Below, piece after piece: positions 25,101-37,922 of a stretch of DNA of 64,000 nucleotides. Location: the NCBI RefSeq assembly GCF_009914755.1, contig NC_060938.1. One strand, 5' to 3'. Origin of the DNA: the human T2T-CHM13v2.0 reference genome, Homo sapiens. The position numbers and the translations under genes are program-made. The notes beneath the pieces were generated by a model. That model searched no databases and was not told where the DNA came from. It saw nothing but the letters and a program-made list of their open reading frames with translations. Position 1 is the first letter of the stretch; each line of letters starts with the position of its first letter.

Positions 25101-28100
25101 ACACAAGAACACGGGCTGTTTGATGCAGACAGGATCCCCCTTGTGCTATGCTGCCTAGAAGTTCATTCCACCAGATATGCACTAAATCATCACCCTCAAG
25201 TTCAAAGTTTCACAGATCTCGAGGGCAAGGTCGCCCTGCAGCCATGTTCTTTGCTACAGCAAAACAAAAGTAACCTTGGCTCCTGTTCCCAGTAATTTCC
25301 TCATTTTCATGTGAGACCTTGTAAGCCTGGCCTTCACTGTCCATCCTTCTGCCAGCCTTTTAATCACAACTATTCAACAAGTGCCTACGATGGTCCAAAA
25401 TTTCTTTCATCTTCCTGTCTTCTTTCAAGCTCTCCAAACTCTCCAACCTCTGGCTGTTACCCACTTCTGAACCTGCTTTACATTTTCAGCTATCTTTGTT
25501 GCAGCCTGACAATGTAGAAGAAAAAGAAGTCCATTTTCAGGGGGAAACTTCAAGAAGGCTTCAGATATTTGCATTAAAATGAAGTCCAGTGCTAATAGCC
25601 AAGACGATGGGGAAATGTCATTGAAGATATTTCATAGCTCCACTTCGCAGTACTTTATTTTCTGTATGATCATAATGAAAAGGGGTTTAATTGGCTCATG
25701 GTTCTGCAGGCTGTAAAGAAAGCATAGTGGCTTCTGCTTCTGGGAGGACTCAGGAAGACTCCCAATCATACCAACAGGAAAACAGCAATGAAATATTTCA
25801 TACGGCAGGAGTAGGAGCAAGGCTGAGAGAGGAAAGAGGTGCCACACCGTTATATAACAAGATCTCATGAGAACTCACTATCACTAGGTCAGCATCAAGA
25901 AGATGGTGCTTAACCATTGGTGAAGGATCCGCCCCCCAACACAGCTCCACCTCCTAGTGTTCCAGACAGAAGCCTGCTGCAGAGGCAGAGGCTCTTGGGA
26001 ATCCTGTACTATGGCAGTGCAGAAGGAAAATAAGGGCTTTGACTGACTATGCAGGAGGCCACCATCCTCGAGACCCCAGATTCATAGACCTACCAACAGT
26101 TCACACCCTCAGTATGGAAAGGTGATAGGCTCTCAACACCAGCCCAGCCCATGAGAGCAGCCATGGGGGCTAAAGCCTGCAAAGCCACAGGTGCACTGCC
26201 CTGGTAGAAGTTTTCCATGAGCCTCGGCCTCTGCAGCAGGCTACTCCCCCTTCCTAATATCCATCACCCTCCCACGGCCCTACAGCCAGCCTACTCTACC
26301 CCACCCTACCCACCCCTTTTTTCTTCCACCCCTACACCTCCCATCCATGATTAAATAATCTCCCACCAGGCCCCATCTCCAAAATTTGGGATTACAATTC
26401 CACATGAGTTTTTCCAGGGGCACACAGCGAAATCATATTATGCTGACCTTGACCCCCCAAATATCATATCCTTTTCACAGAATAAAATACAATCATGCCT
26501 TTTCAAAGGTTTCCAAAAGGCTTAACTCCTTCCTGCATTAACTCAAATGTAAAAAGTTCTAAGTCTCATCTGAGACAAGGCTGCAGTCTCTTCTGCTTAT
26601 GAGTCCCTGAAGTTAAAAGGGTGTTTGTTTCTTTCAAGGTACAATGATGGTACAGGTACTGGGTAAACTTTCTCAATCCAAAGGGAAGAAATTTCCAAGA
26701 AAAATAACACAAATGGGACCACAGGCCCAATGGACATCCAAAATCCAGTACGTCAGTGTTCATTCAATCTCACAGCTCCAAAGTCATGAAGAGAACTCAC
26801 TATCAGAAGGACAGCATTAAGGAGATGGTGTTTAACCATTTGTGAAGGATCCACCCCCACCCCTGCCTTTCACCCCCAACCCCACCACAATCCCCTCCAA
26901 CCCTCCCCACCCCCGATTCCCTCCAACCCTCTCCACCCCAGAATCCCCCCCACCCTCCCGGTGCCCCCAACCATCCAACCTCCACTCTCCACCATGATTA
27001 AATCACCTTCCATCAGCCCCCACCTTTAACATTTTGCATTAACATTCCACATGAGTTTTGGTAGAGACAGAGAGCCAAAACCTATTATTCTGTCTCTGGT
27101 CCCCCAAAGTTCATGTCTTTCTCACATTGCAAAATGTAATGATGCCTTCCCTAGAGTCTCTCAAATCTTAACTCATTCCAGCATTTACTCAAATGCACAA
27201 AGCCCAGAGTCTTATCTGAGACAAGTCTACAGTCCCTCCTGCCCATGAGCCAGTGAATTGTAAAGCAAGTTTACTACTTCCAAGGTACAATGATTGTACA
27301 GGCAGTGGGTGACTCATAGGATACATAAGTGTCCAAAACCCAGCAGGCCAGTCACTTAATGCTACAGCTCCAAAATCACCATTTTTGAATCCTTGTCCCA
27401 TATCCATGGCAGAGGGCTGTGAGGGCTGAGCTCCCAAGGCCTTGGGCAGATCTGCACCTGTGGCTTTGCAGCGTTCAGCCTCCGCAGCTGTCTCTCATGG
27501 ACAGGGCTGTTGTTGAGTGCCCATAGCTTTTCCACAATGAGGGTGAAAGCTGTTTATGGGTCTATGAATCTGGGGTTTAGAGAATGATGCCTCCCTGTGT
27601 GGGGGCTTCAACCCTATAGGTCCCTTCTTTGCTCCTCTAGTAGAGGTTCCCCATGAAGCTCTGCCTCTTGGAAAAGCTTCTTCCTGAACATCCAGGATTT
27701 TCTGTACATCTTCTGGAGTCTAGATGGGAGTTCTCAATCCTCTAATCTCTTTCTCTGTGCACCTACTGGCTTAACACTATATGGAAACCATCAAGACTTT
27801 GAGGCACCTCTGAAGCAATGACCCAAGCTGTACCTGTGCATCTTTCAGTCATGGCTGGTGCTGGAGCTGCACGGATGCTGGCAGCAGTGTCCTGCGGTTG
27901 AGCACAGCAGCAGAGCCATGGGACTGCCCTAGGAAACCATTCTTTTCTCCTAGGCCCCAGGGCCTGTGACAGCAAGGGCTGCTGCAGACATCTCTAAAAT
28001 GCTTTCAAGGCCGGTTTCCCACTGTCTTGGCGTTTTGCACTGGGTTCCTTTTTATACAAATAACCTAAGCCTTCTTGAATTTTCCCCCTCAAAATCGGCT

Positions 28101-30886
28101 TTTCTTTTTGACCACTTAGCCAGGCTCCACATTTTCCAAACTTTAGATCTCCACTTGAAGTTCCAACTTGAAGTCACTTCTTAGGTCACCCATAAGAACA
28201 CAAGCTGTTCAATGTAGGCAGGACACCTCTTGTGCTATGCTGCCTAGATGTTCATTTCACCAGATACATCCTAAATCATCACCCCCAAGTTCATAGTTTC
28301 ACAGATCTCCAGGGCAGGGTCCCCATGCAGCCAGCTTCTTTGCTAAGGCCAATCAAATGTAATCTTGTCTCTTGTTCATAGGAAATTCCTCATTTTCATC
28401 TGAGAACTTTTAGGTCTGGACTTCAGTGTTTACACTTTTGTCAGCCTTCCTATCACAAGTATTTAACAATTCTCTATAGTGGTCCAATATTTTCCTCATC
28501 TTGCTGTCTTCTAAGCTTTCCCAACTCTTCTGACCTCTGTCTTTTACCCACTTCTGAACCTGGTTCTACATTGTCAGCTATCTTTATCACAGCCTGGCAA
28601 TGTGGTAAAACAGAAAAGTCCATTTTCAGGGGGAAAGTTCATGAAGGATTCAGATATTTGCATGAAAAGAAGCTGAGTGCTGGTTGCCAAGACAAAGGGG
28701 AAAGGGCCTTGAAGGCATTTCATGGCTCCACTTCATAGTACTAATTTTCTGCATGATCATAAAGAAAAGAGGTTTAATTGGCTCACGGTCCAGCAGGCTG
28801 TAAAGGAAGCACAGTGGCTTCTGCTTCTGGGAGGATCAGATCAGGAAGCCTTCCAATCATACCAGAAGGCCAAGGGGCAATGAGATGTTTCAAATGGCAG
28901 GGGTAGAAGAAAGACTGAGAGAGGAAAGAGGTGCCACCCCCTGTTATATAACCAGATCTCATGAGAACACACTATCATGAAGACAGCATCAAGAAGATGT
29001 TGCCTAACCATTGGTGAAGGATTTGCCTCCCACCCCCACCTCCCACTGTTTCCAGGCAGAAGCCTGCTGCAGATGAAGCTTTCTTGGGAAACCTCTACTA
29101 GGGCAGTGCAGAAGGAAAATATGGACTTGGAGCCCCCATGCAGGGGGCCACCACCCTCCAGACCCCAGATACATAGACCCACCAACAGCTTGCACCCTCC
29201 GTGTGGAAAAGCTACAGGCACTCAACACTAGTCCAGTCCATGAAAGCAGCCATTGGGGCTCAAACCTGCAAAGCCACAGGTGCGCTTCCCTAGTAGGGAT
29301 TTTCCATGAGACTCTGCCTCTGCAGCAGGCTACTACCCCTTCCTACTACCCACCACCCTCCCACCACCGTACAGCCAGTCTACTCCCTCCCACCCTACCC
29401 ACCCCTTTTTCCCTTCCACATCCACCCCCACCCATCCATGATTAAATCACTCCCTCCCTCTCCCTGTCATAATCTAATCCCTCCAAACCCTTCCAATCCT
29501 TGTTTGCTACCCACTACTGAGCCTGCTTCTACTTTTTCAGATATCTGTATAGCAGGTTGGCTATGTAGCAAGAACAAAAATCCCATTTAAGGGGAAACAT
29601 TCAAGAAGATTTCAGAAATTTGCATATAAAGAAGCCCTGTGCTAATAGCCAAAACAAAGGGAAAAAGGCCTTGAAGGCATTTCACAGCTCCTCTCTGCAG
29701 TTCTACTTTTCTGTATTATTGTAAATAAAAGAGGTGTAATTGACTCATGGTTCTGCAAGCTGTGAAGGAAGTATAGTGTCTTCTGTTTCTGTGAGGAATC
29801 AGGAAGCCTCCTCATTATATCAGAAAGCCAAGGGACAATGAGATGTCTCCTAAAGCAGAAGCAGGAGGATGAGATCTGTTAAACAACCAGATCTCATGGG
29901 AACTCACTCATTATCAGGAGTATAGCATCAAGGTGATGGTTCTTTATCATTCGTGAAGTATCTACCTGCACCATTTTATGACTAAATCTTTTTCCACCTA
30001 GACCTTGCCTGTAACATTACAAAATATAATTCCACATGAGTTTTGGTAGGGACATAGACAAAAACCGTATTATTCTGTCCTTGACCCAATGAATCTCATG
30101 TCCTTCTCACATTGCAAAATACAAACATGCCTTGCCAGCAGTCTCCCAAATTCTTAACTCATTTCAGGATTAACTCAAAGTTACAAAGTCCAAAGTCTCA
30201 TCTGGGTCAAGGCTACAGTCTCTTTTGCCTATGAGTCTCTGAAATAAAAAGCAGGCATTGTGTAAGCTTTCCATTTCCAAAAGGAAGACATTTTCCAGAA
30301 AGCTTCTTATTTCTCTCTGAGACCTCCTCAGCCTGGCCTTCACTGTCCATGTTTCTGTCAGGATTTTTGTCACAACCATTGAACCAGACTCTAAGATGGT
30401 CCAAAAGTTTTCTCATCTGTCTTCTTTTGAGCCCTCCAAACTCTTCCAACCTCCGTCCATTACCTGGTTCCAAAGCTGCTTCCACATTTCCAGGTATCTT
30501 TATAGCAACGCTCCAGTCCTCATTTGCCATTTCCCGTATGATTTATTTTGAAAAAGAGGTTTAATTGGCTCATGGTTCTAAGCACAGTGCTTCTGCTTCT
30601 AGGCCTCAGAAATCTTTCAATAATCATGGAAGGCAAAGAAAGAATCAATTGTCTCACATGGCAAGGGGAAAACACGGAGAGTGGGGAGGTGATATAGAGA
30701 TTTCAGTGACTACATCTCATGAGAAGTTACTCATTATTGTGAGGATGGTACAAGGGGATGGTGCTGAACCATTCATGAGAAATTTGCCTTCATAATTCAA
30801 TCACATTATACCAGGATCCACCTTCCACATTAGGAAATATAATTCAACATGAGATTCGGTGGGGACACATATTCAAATTGCATCAT
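16195..30886 (-). mobile_element. Tandem array of rearranged MST LTR/int units (~3.1-kb period; four full units, one partial, and a terminal deleted element)
   Basis: LTR landmark GCAATG(A/G)..T.TTTCA.A.GGCAG recurs at ~16201, 19074, 22501, 25780 and 28868, with a degenerate copy at ~29825; MST-int sequence lies between. Confidence 0.88.
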
Positions 30887-32210
30887 CAATCTTTGAATAT
30901 AAAGACATCCACAGCAGGCTTTATCCAGCCAACTTCTTTGAGACTCTTTATAGAGTTTTAAGTCTAGAGCATATACACTAAAATATTCATACTTCGAAAA
31001 GCAATAAAGTGGTATTATCATTTTTCCAAAAGTTACAGCAGTAGTTTAGGCATTCATAGTATGATTTAGTTCACGATTGCTACTGTTTCTATTCTATCAC
31101 CATATTAACTGTTTCCTATACAATTCTGTATTCAACTGGATTTCAGTTGAGCACAAAACCATCCTTGTACTAGCTCTTTGCTAGTGTTATTATTCTGCTG
31201 TAGAAAGTATCCTTGAACTGGAAACCGTCCACGATCGAGTATCGAGTCATTCAACACTATCAATTCCTGGGTGACTTTTTGAAAAAGTAGTATCTCTTGT
31301 TGCAAGAAATGCTGCATCTGTGAGTCCATGTCTCTCACTGGAATTGGATGGAAGTGGTGAATTTCAGCCAAAGTGGCCAAAGAAATCCTGTTCCTGTGAT
31401 TCTGACGTCATCAGCCTCTGCACCTCTGTCTTCCCTTCTGCCACATGTTGCCTGCTCTCCATGACTTTGGTAAGAGCTTCCTTGTGTATGTGGATGATGT
31501 CCAGGATGTTGGTCTGGTGTCCCTGAGACAGCACTAACAGGTCCATGGCTAGGTCCAGGTCCTTCCTGGACTGACTGGCAAAGAGCTCACTGACAGAGTG
31601 GAAGGCATCTATACTGAAGTGGATGGCCTGGTCCAGCTCCAAGGCCTGGCTGAGGCTGAAGAACTGTCAGGCTTCTGATGCTCTTTCTCAAAGCCTGCCA
31701 CCACTCATTGGCTGTGAAGTTGAGCTGAGTGCCCTGTTGTCCATCTTCTTGGTGAAGCACTTGAAGCCGTCAATCTTGCTCTCCCACGCCTAAAAGTTGA
31801 GTGTCACACTGGGGGTGGGCTCAGGGCCAGGAAGAATCTGGCACTCACCATCTCATCCTTCTCAGCCTTCCTCTTGCCCTGTCTCCAGGCTATCTCTTCA
31901 GTGCTGGTGGAGCACATCAGGAAGTGACAAACAATGTGGCACTGCACCTGCATCCAGAAGCTGGCTGTGTGGTTCATCTACAAGATTGGGCCCTTTCTGC
32001 ACTTGAACATAGATCCACTTCACCATAGATGCCTTCCACACTGTCAGTGAGCTCTTTGCCCATCAGCCCAGGCAGGATCTGGACCCAGTCATGGACTTGT
32101 TAGTGCTGTCTCAGGGACACCAGGCCAACATTCTGGACATCATCCACGTACACAAGGAAGCTCTTACCAGAGTCCTCCTCAAGATGGCCTGTGGTCTGCC
32201 TCTTGGCACC
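30887..32210 (-). pseudogene. SNX18P: SNX18 processed pseudogene, copy 2, with an internal inverted insertion
   Basis: [37 protein letters not shown] matches recalled SNX18 C-terminus [37 protein letters not shown]; intronless and frameshifted. Confidence 0.92.
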
Positions 32211-32790
32211 CGAGAAGCCCACAGTGCTGTAGAAGCCCCGATGCTTGGACTGGAGCCCCAAAGGCGGCACACACCCCAGTTCTGAGCCTGCTGCTCATTT
32301 CCTCTATGTGGCTCCATTTGCAGCACATTTGTTGCACTGAGGCCTGTGCATGCCAGGCAAAGCCAAGCTGGCTCAAAGAGCAACCACCCACCTCTGCAAT
32401 GGTGTGCCAGGAGCCAGTGGACCAGCCACCAACGTCACTCCCTGCCAGTCAGGGTAAATCAGTTATTCTGCCCTGGAAGTGGAGCCCCAGTGCCATCTGC
32501 TTTTCCTCAGGCCTCCGCTCCATCAGCTGTCAGGTTGTGGTCACTCAGACTGTGGGAATCTGGCCATCCCTGTTTCCTTGAGTGGGTGAGGTTGGTGACT
32601 GCTCCACCTGCTCCTGGCACACCCTTGCAGAGGTGGCTGGTTGCTCTTTGAGCCAGCTTGGCCTTGCCTGGAATGCACAGGCCCCAGGTACTGAGAAGCT
32701 GCTCCGAGTAAGTTTGTCTTGGGCCAAATTCTAAGTCTGGCCAGGGCCACAGAAGGCCGAGTCCCCTGGGTGGTAATCCTGGCTGCTGCA
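32211..32790. repeat. Single unamplified unit of the ~635-bp repeat, with inverted arms (~32347-32437 and 32580-32676)
   Basis: Colinear with the unit at ~4075-4650. Confidence 0.85.
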
Positions 32791-33629
32791 GGGGGGCCCA
32801 TGGTACCCCTCCCCTCCCAGGGCTCAGGATGAGGTCCGACTGGGACAGGATGCTTTAGGTATGGGACTTGTGCCCCAGGAGGGGACCTCTGTCACACAGG
32901 TTGGGTGAGAAGATATATGGCATGCTGCTGGCTGCCAGGGCTGTTGGGATGCACGTTCACCCTTCCCTTCAGAGACCTCAAAGTGACCAGCTTTCCCTTT
33001 ATGAATGACTTGCAAGGCCCAGGAGCCATTTGGGGCTGCAGAGCAGCTGGCTGCATGCTGCCCTGGCTTCTTCCATGTTGTGCTGGTCACTACCTACCAA
33101 GGGGGGTCAGATGCAGGCACAATGTAGGACGATTGTCTCTGGACCTGTGTCTTGGTTATCATGGAGCTAGACTGGGCCTGGTGACAGGGCCCTGATGGGG
33201 TTGTCCTGTGTGGTCACGGAGGTGATCAGAAAAGATGCAGAATGGAATTGCTGCGAGGATGAATGAGATGACTGTCAGCACATAACAGGCAGCTGGTGAG
33301 TGTTCAGGGATTACCCTCAGTAGCTGCCCAGAGGCCAAAACCACCCACCTGATAGTGACTTTTCCCAAGCCAGGAGGAAGAGAAAAGAGCAGGTCCCACT
33401 CACCTGAATCTGATCAGTGAGCTGTGTTGAGATGTGCCTCTCATCTAGAAAATGGTCCTTCACGCAGAGCTACTCACAGACACTGCTGTGTGTCTCTAAC
33501 TGCTCCACAACACAGAGGCGATGGGGACTCAGCAACAGTGACATTGTGGGGTGACACAACCCACCACCATGGGAGTCTGCTTGGGTCAACAGGGCCCAGA
33601 GTCAGTGTCCTCTATCCCCTGAACTGACA

Positions 33630-33694
33630 TGTGTGTATGCAATGTATTTGTGTATGCATGTGTGCCTGTGTGTGTGTGTGTATGTGTGTGTTTG
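33630..33694. repeat. Imperfect (TG)n microsatellite
   Basis: Seen directly. Confidence 0.9.
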
Positions 33695-34054
33695 TCTTGC
33701 TTCTCTGGACAGGCTTGGCTTCTCCACTCATGGGTGCACCCAGGTCCTCATCACTGTCACCTTAGAGCATTAGAGCCTCTATAGGTGCTCCCCAATCTCT
33801 GCCCTCCCCACCCATGGTGGTACTGGGGATGCAGACAGAGGAGGGGCACTGCATAATGCTGAGAGGGCTGGCACACTCTCTAGGTGGAACACAGGTCATT
33901 TGTAAAGTTGTAGGTCTGCCAAGCAGTATTGGATTCAACACATCTTCTCACCTTCTCTTTCCAGCGACCCTCCAGGGTGCCCCGACTCACTTTCCCTGCA
34001 GATGGAGGCAAGGAGGCTCCACAGACAACCTCCCTGCCTGAGGTCAGATAGTGG

Positions 34055-34660
34055 CCAGCAGGCCAGGTACTGACAAACTGCCCCTGACCAGGTTCCCAGT
34101 GATGAGTGATGAGACCCCTAATGACCACTCCTCCATTGACCAAGTCCCACTGATCAAGTCCCCACTGACCATGTCTTCCTAACCAGGCCCACACTTAATA
34201 GGCCTCATGGGCCAGACCCCACTGACCAATTTTCCACTGACCTGGTCCCCATTGACAAGACAGGGTTCCCACTGACAAGACCACAATTTACCAGGTTGCT
34301 GCTCAACCGACCCCCCACTGAACAATTCTCCATGAACGAGTACCCAGCTGACTGAGCCCCCTCTGACCAGGCCCTCACTGACCAGGCCCCAAGCCACTAA
34401 GGCCCCACACTGACCAGGCCCGTGATATATTGTGTATGCCCCACCAACCAGTTTTTCATTGTTTATGTTCCAACAGATCAGGCCCCAGTAATAAAGCCAC
34501 CACTGACTAGGTCCCCCCACTGACCAGGCTTCCAATGACTAGGTCACCAGGTCCCCACTGAGGAGGCTGCCACTAACCAGGCCCCTGCTGATCAGGTCCC
34601 AAATGACCAGGTCCTGATGACCAGGTCATCTCTGACCATGGTCCACTGACCAGGCCCCAG
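34055..34660. repeat. CCACTGACCAGG minisatellite (array 3)
   Basis: Same core motif and strand as arrays 1 and 2, but different flanks. Confidence 0.85.
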
Positions 34661-37241
34661 AGCAACGGGGTTCAAAGTCTCATTACAATGTCCCCCTCAG
34701 CTCATAGACCCTCCCTCCCTGCATGTGTGCCCGGAGGTCAGGCCCTGGGTTTTTTTTTTGGGACGTGGCCTTTCCTCCAAGACACAGGGAGAGACAGTTG
34801 GCCTCAGGCTCCAAGTTCCCAGCTCCACACTCACCCCAAAGGCCCTCTGGGCCCGTCTCAAAGGAGAAAGTGAGGTGGCCTGACACTGCCTGGACACACC
34901 ATCTACCCTATTCCTGAGTGTCAGAGTGTGAGGAAGGGAGGGACATTTGGCAGATAAGGCACGCTGTGCTGTTGGGTCTCTCAGGGCCCTTCCCACAGAG
35001 CCCCGATCTAAAGACACAACACAGAGGCTACAGGAAGACTAATCCAGAACCTCTGAGACAGCCAGGGACCACATGAGTACTCTCCCCAGACAGCCAGAAG
35101 TCCCTTTGCTAGTTTCTTGGTACTTCAGTGGATGTGGCAGTGGTTCTTCTGTTGGGGACCAGTGAGTACACACTGGGGAGGGCTCACCTGTGTTTCCTCA
35201 GTGGCTCCACCTCTGCTTCTAAAAAAAATGACTCATTCCAGAGCTGGTGCAGAGAAAATACAAGCTGAGCTTAGAACATCTTCTGAAAGAAAGTAAAAAA
35301 GTGCCGACAGAGTAATGGAGACAAATCAAAGAGACATAAAGTCAGCTTGGAATGTCTACTACTGGCCTAATCTTGGGGAATTGGAGCATCAGAATCATGA
35401 GCTTTCTTTCTCCCTTATTTATTGGTTTTATTTCTCCATGTAGAACAAAGAAGAGAATAAGAAAATAATCATCTGGTAACCATCATAGTAATAATTGTTC
35501 AAACACAAGTCATCCATGAAATGCTAAATCTAGTGGGTTCTGAGGAGTAACCAGATATTTACAGAGCCTCAAAGTATCTCCATACAAAATACGGTTGAAC
35601 TACAAAAAGAAAATTGTAACATTAGCATGGACAAACCTGGCAGGTACTCCTTAACTCTCCTAAGTAATAAAAACTGTAAAATGCAAATAAGCCTTCGATG
35701 ACATTTACTAACCTTTACTAAAGTATCAATGATGACTTGGTTGTTTAAACAGCTGAAATTTGGGCAATTTGAGTATGTCAAACTCAATAATACTGGTTTT
35801 CATTTGCAAGATCCACTTAAAACTTAAGGAGGCCAAAAAACATCATTTAAAATATCCTATAAATTATAATCATACATATGATACAAAAATATCCTACTTC
35901 AGTAAATATTGGAATGTTATATATTTTATGAGAAACAATTAAAATGTGTAAATAGCCCAGTAATAAAGTTTTATAATCTTTTAAATCATCATAGAATTTT
36001 TCCTTAAGACTTTATGGTTAAATATTCTCTTCATTAGATGTGGCTTACCCGTGGATTCTAGAGAAGAAAGTAGATGGGAGCAAGTGTCCAATACAGCAAC
36101 AGCTGGAAAGAAAAATAAAGAATTTTGTTCTTTACCTAAAACACTTCAGTTAACTAAGAGTGAGTTTAAAAACTAAAGACTTGAGAACTTTATCAGAGTT
36201 AATAAGAATGAGAAATATGTATGTACATTTACAATACAAAATTACTATTTAATAATTTACACATGGCATTAATTCTAATTGTGTTTAAATATCAGAGCTT
36301 TTTCAGTCTTCATTCATGTAATCAACAGCCACATGCTAAGGTACTAGAACCAGCACTGGAATTACAAGATGAAGATGGCATGGTCCACCTCTCAACAGTC
36401 ATAAGCTATAACCTAAAAAACAGACAGGCAGGCAATGTCCATATAGAGTCATAGATACCATGACAGGTATACAGCAGGGCACTACTGGAACACAGAGAAG
36501 GGACATCTACCCACTTTTATGTCAATATCATGGGCTTTCTGGTGGAGGAGATAACATAGGTTGATACCTGAAGGACAAGAAAAAGCTTCCCAGATAGAGG
36601 AAAGAGGCAAAGGCAAAGAGCCTGAGGTGAGGAAGAGCCCTGCAGAGTTCCACTCCATCCAGTTTGGTGCTAGAGCAAAGGGCAGAGTGCAGTAAGTGGT
36701 GAGAAACAAGGCTGAGTAACTTGGCAAGAATTACATTGACATGGGTGTTTTTATTTCATGGTGAAAAATTTGGAACTTTTCCTGAGAACAAGTGTAAGCC
36801 AATGACACAGTAAATTAGAGGAGATTTAAAATGTCACCTGTCAAGTGACTGCTTATGAAGGGTTATTGCTCAGCTAAGTATTTCTGAATGAGTCTTAGGT
36901 CTGTTGGCCTTCAATCTCTACCGAAACCCTGAGAACTTGATGATGCTTTTGTTTTCTGAGAATCGTTTCAGTGTGCTGGCTGACAGTTCCATGAGGATGG
37001 CAAAACTTAAGAAAGTGTAGAACCAGTGAAGAAGAGATGCACAGACTTCTTGGGAACTGTTTAAGCTTTGGAACATGATGAATTTATGGTGCATAAGTGC
37101 AGTCTTCTCTGTGAAAGTTTTTGTTTTCACATCTTTCATTAGATGTGTGTAAGAAAAAATATTGATGTAGTATCTACTAACCCAAGAATGAAAAGGAATG
37201 CCATTTGCTATTTACACTTTATTTCTAAAATAAACCTAAAT

Positions 37242-37313
37242 TTAATTAATAAATTTTGTCAACGTACTTCTCTTTGTTTCTCTAATTATTTATTCTACAC
37301 AGTCCAGCCCCAT
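37242..37313 (-). pseudogene. Terminal coding-like exon MGLDCVE*IIRETKRSTLTKFIN*
   Basis: TTTTAG acceptor; resembles the recalled ANKRD18B end MELDCVEQIIRETKKSMLPKFIN; internal stop. Confidence 0.7.
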
Positions 37314-37619
37314 CTAAAATAAGTAAAAATAATAATAATGTCTAAATTAAACAAGAAACATTATCATGAAAATCATGTATCACTTACAAAATGTGGCCTT
37401 TAGTATTTTTAGTGACTAGACATTACTTGAAGTTTGCTTAAATAGAAAAATAATCACATAAATAAAATAAAATTTCTACTTATTTTAAGTTTAGATAACA
37501 GAGGATGTATATGTGTAATGCTGTTTAGAGTAATCTGACAAAAATGCAGTTAATATTGATCTATTGCATATACATGATTTTAGAAAGGTAGTGTTTTATT
37601 AGTACAAAGGTTAAACAAT

Positions 37620-37922
<303 letters not shown>

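Noticed and set aside
33159-33368. Hydrophobic ORF (VLTVISFILAAIPFCIF) considered as a CYP4F or GRAMD4 pseudogene fragment
   Set aside because: No convincing match to recalled proteins; it lies just downstream of a minus-strand donor, so it is probably intronic.
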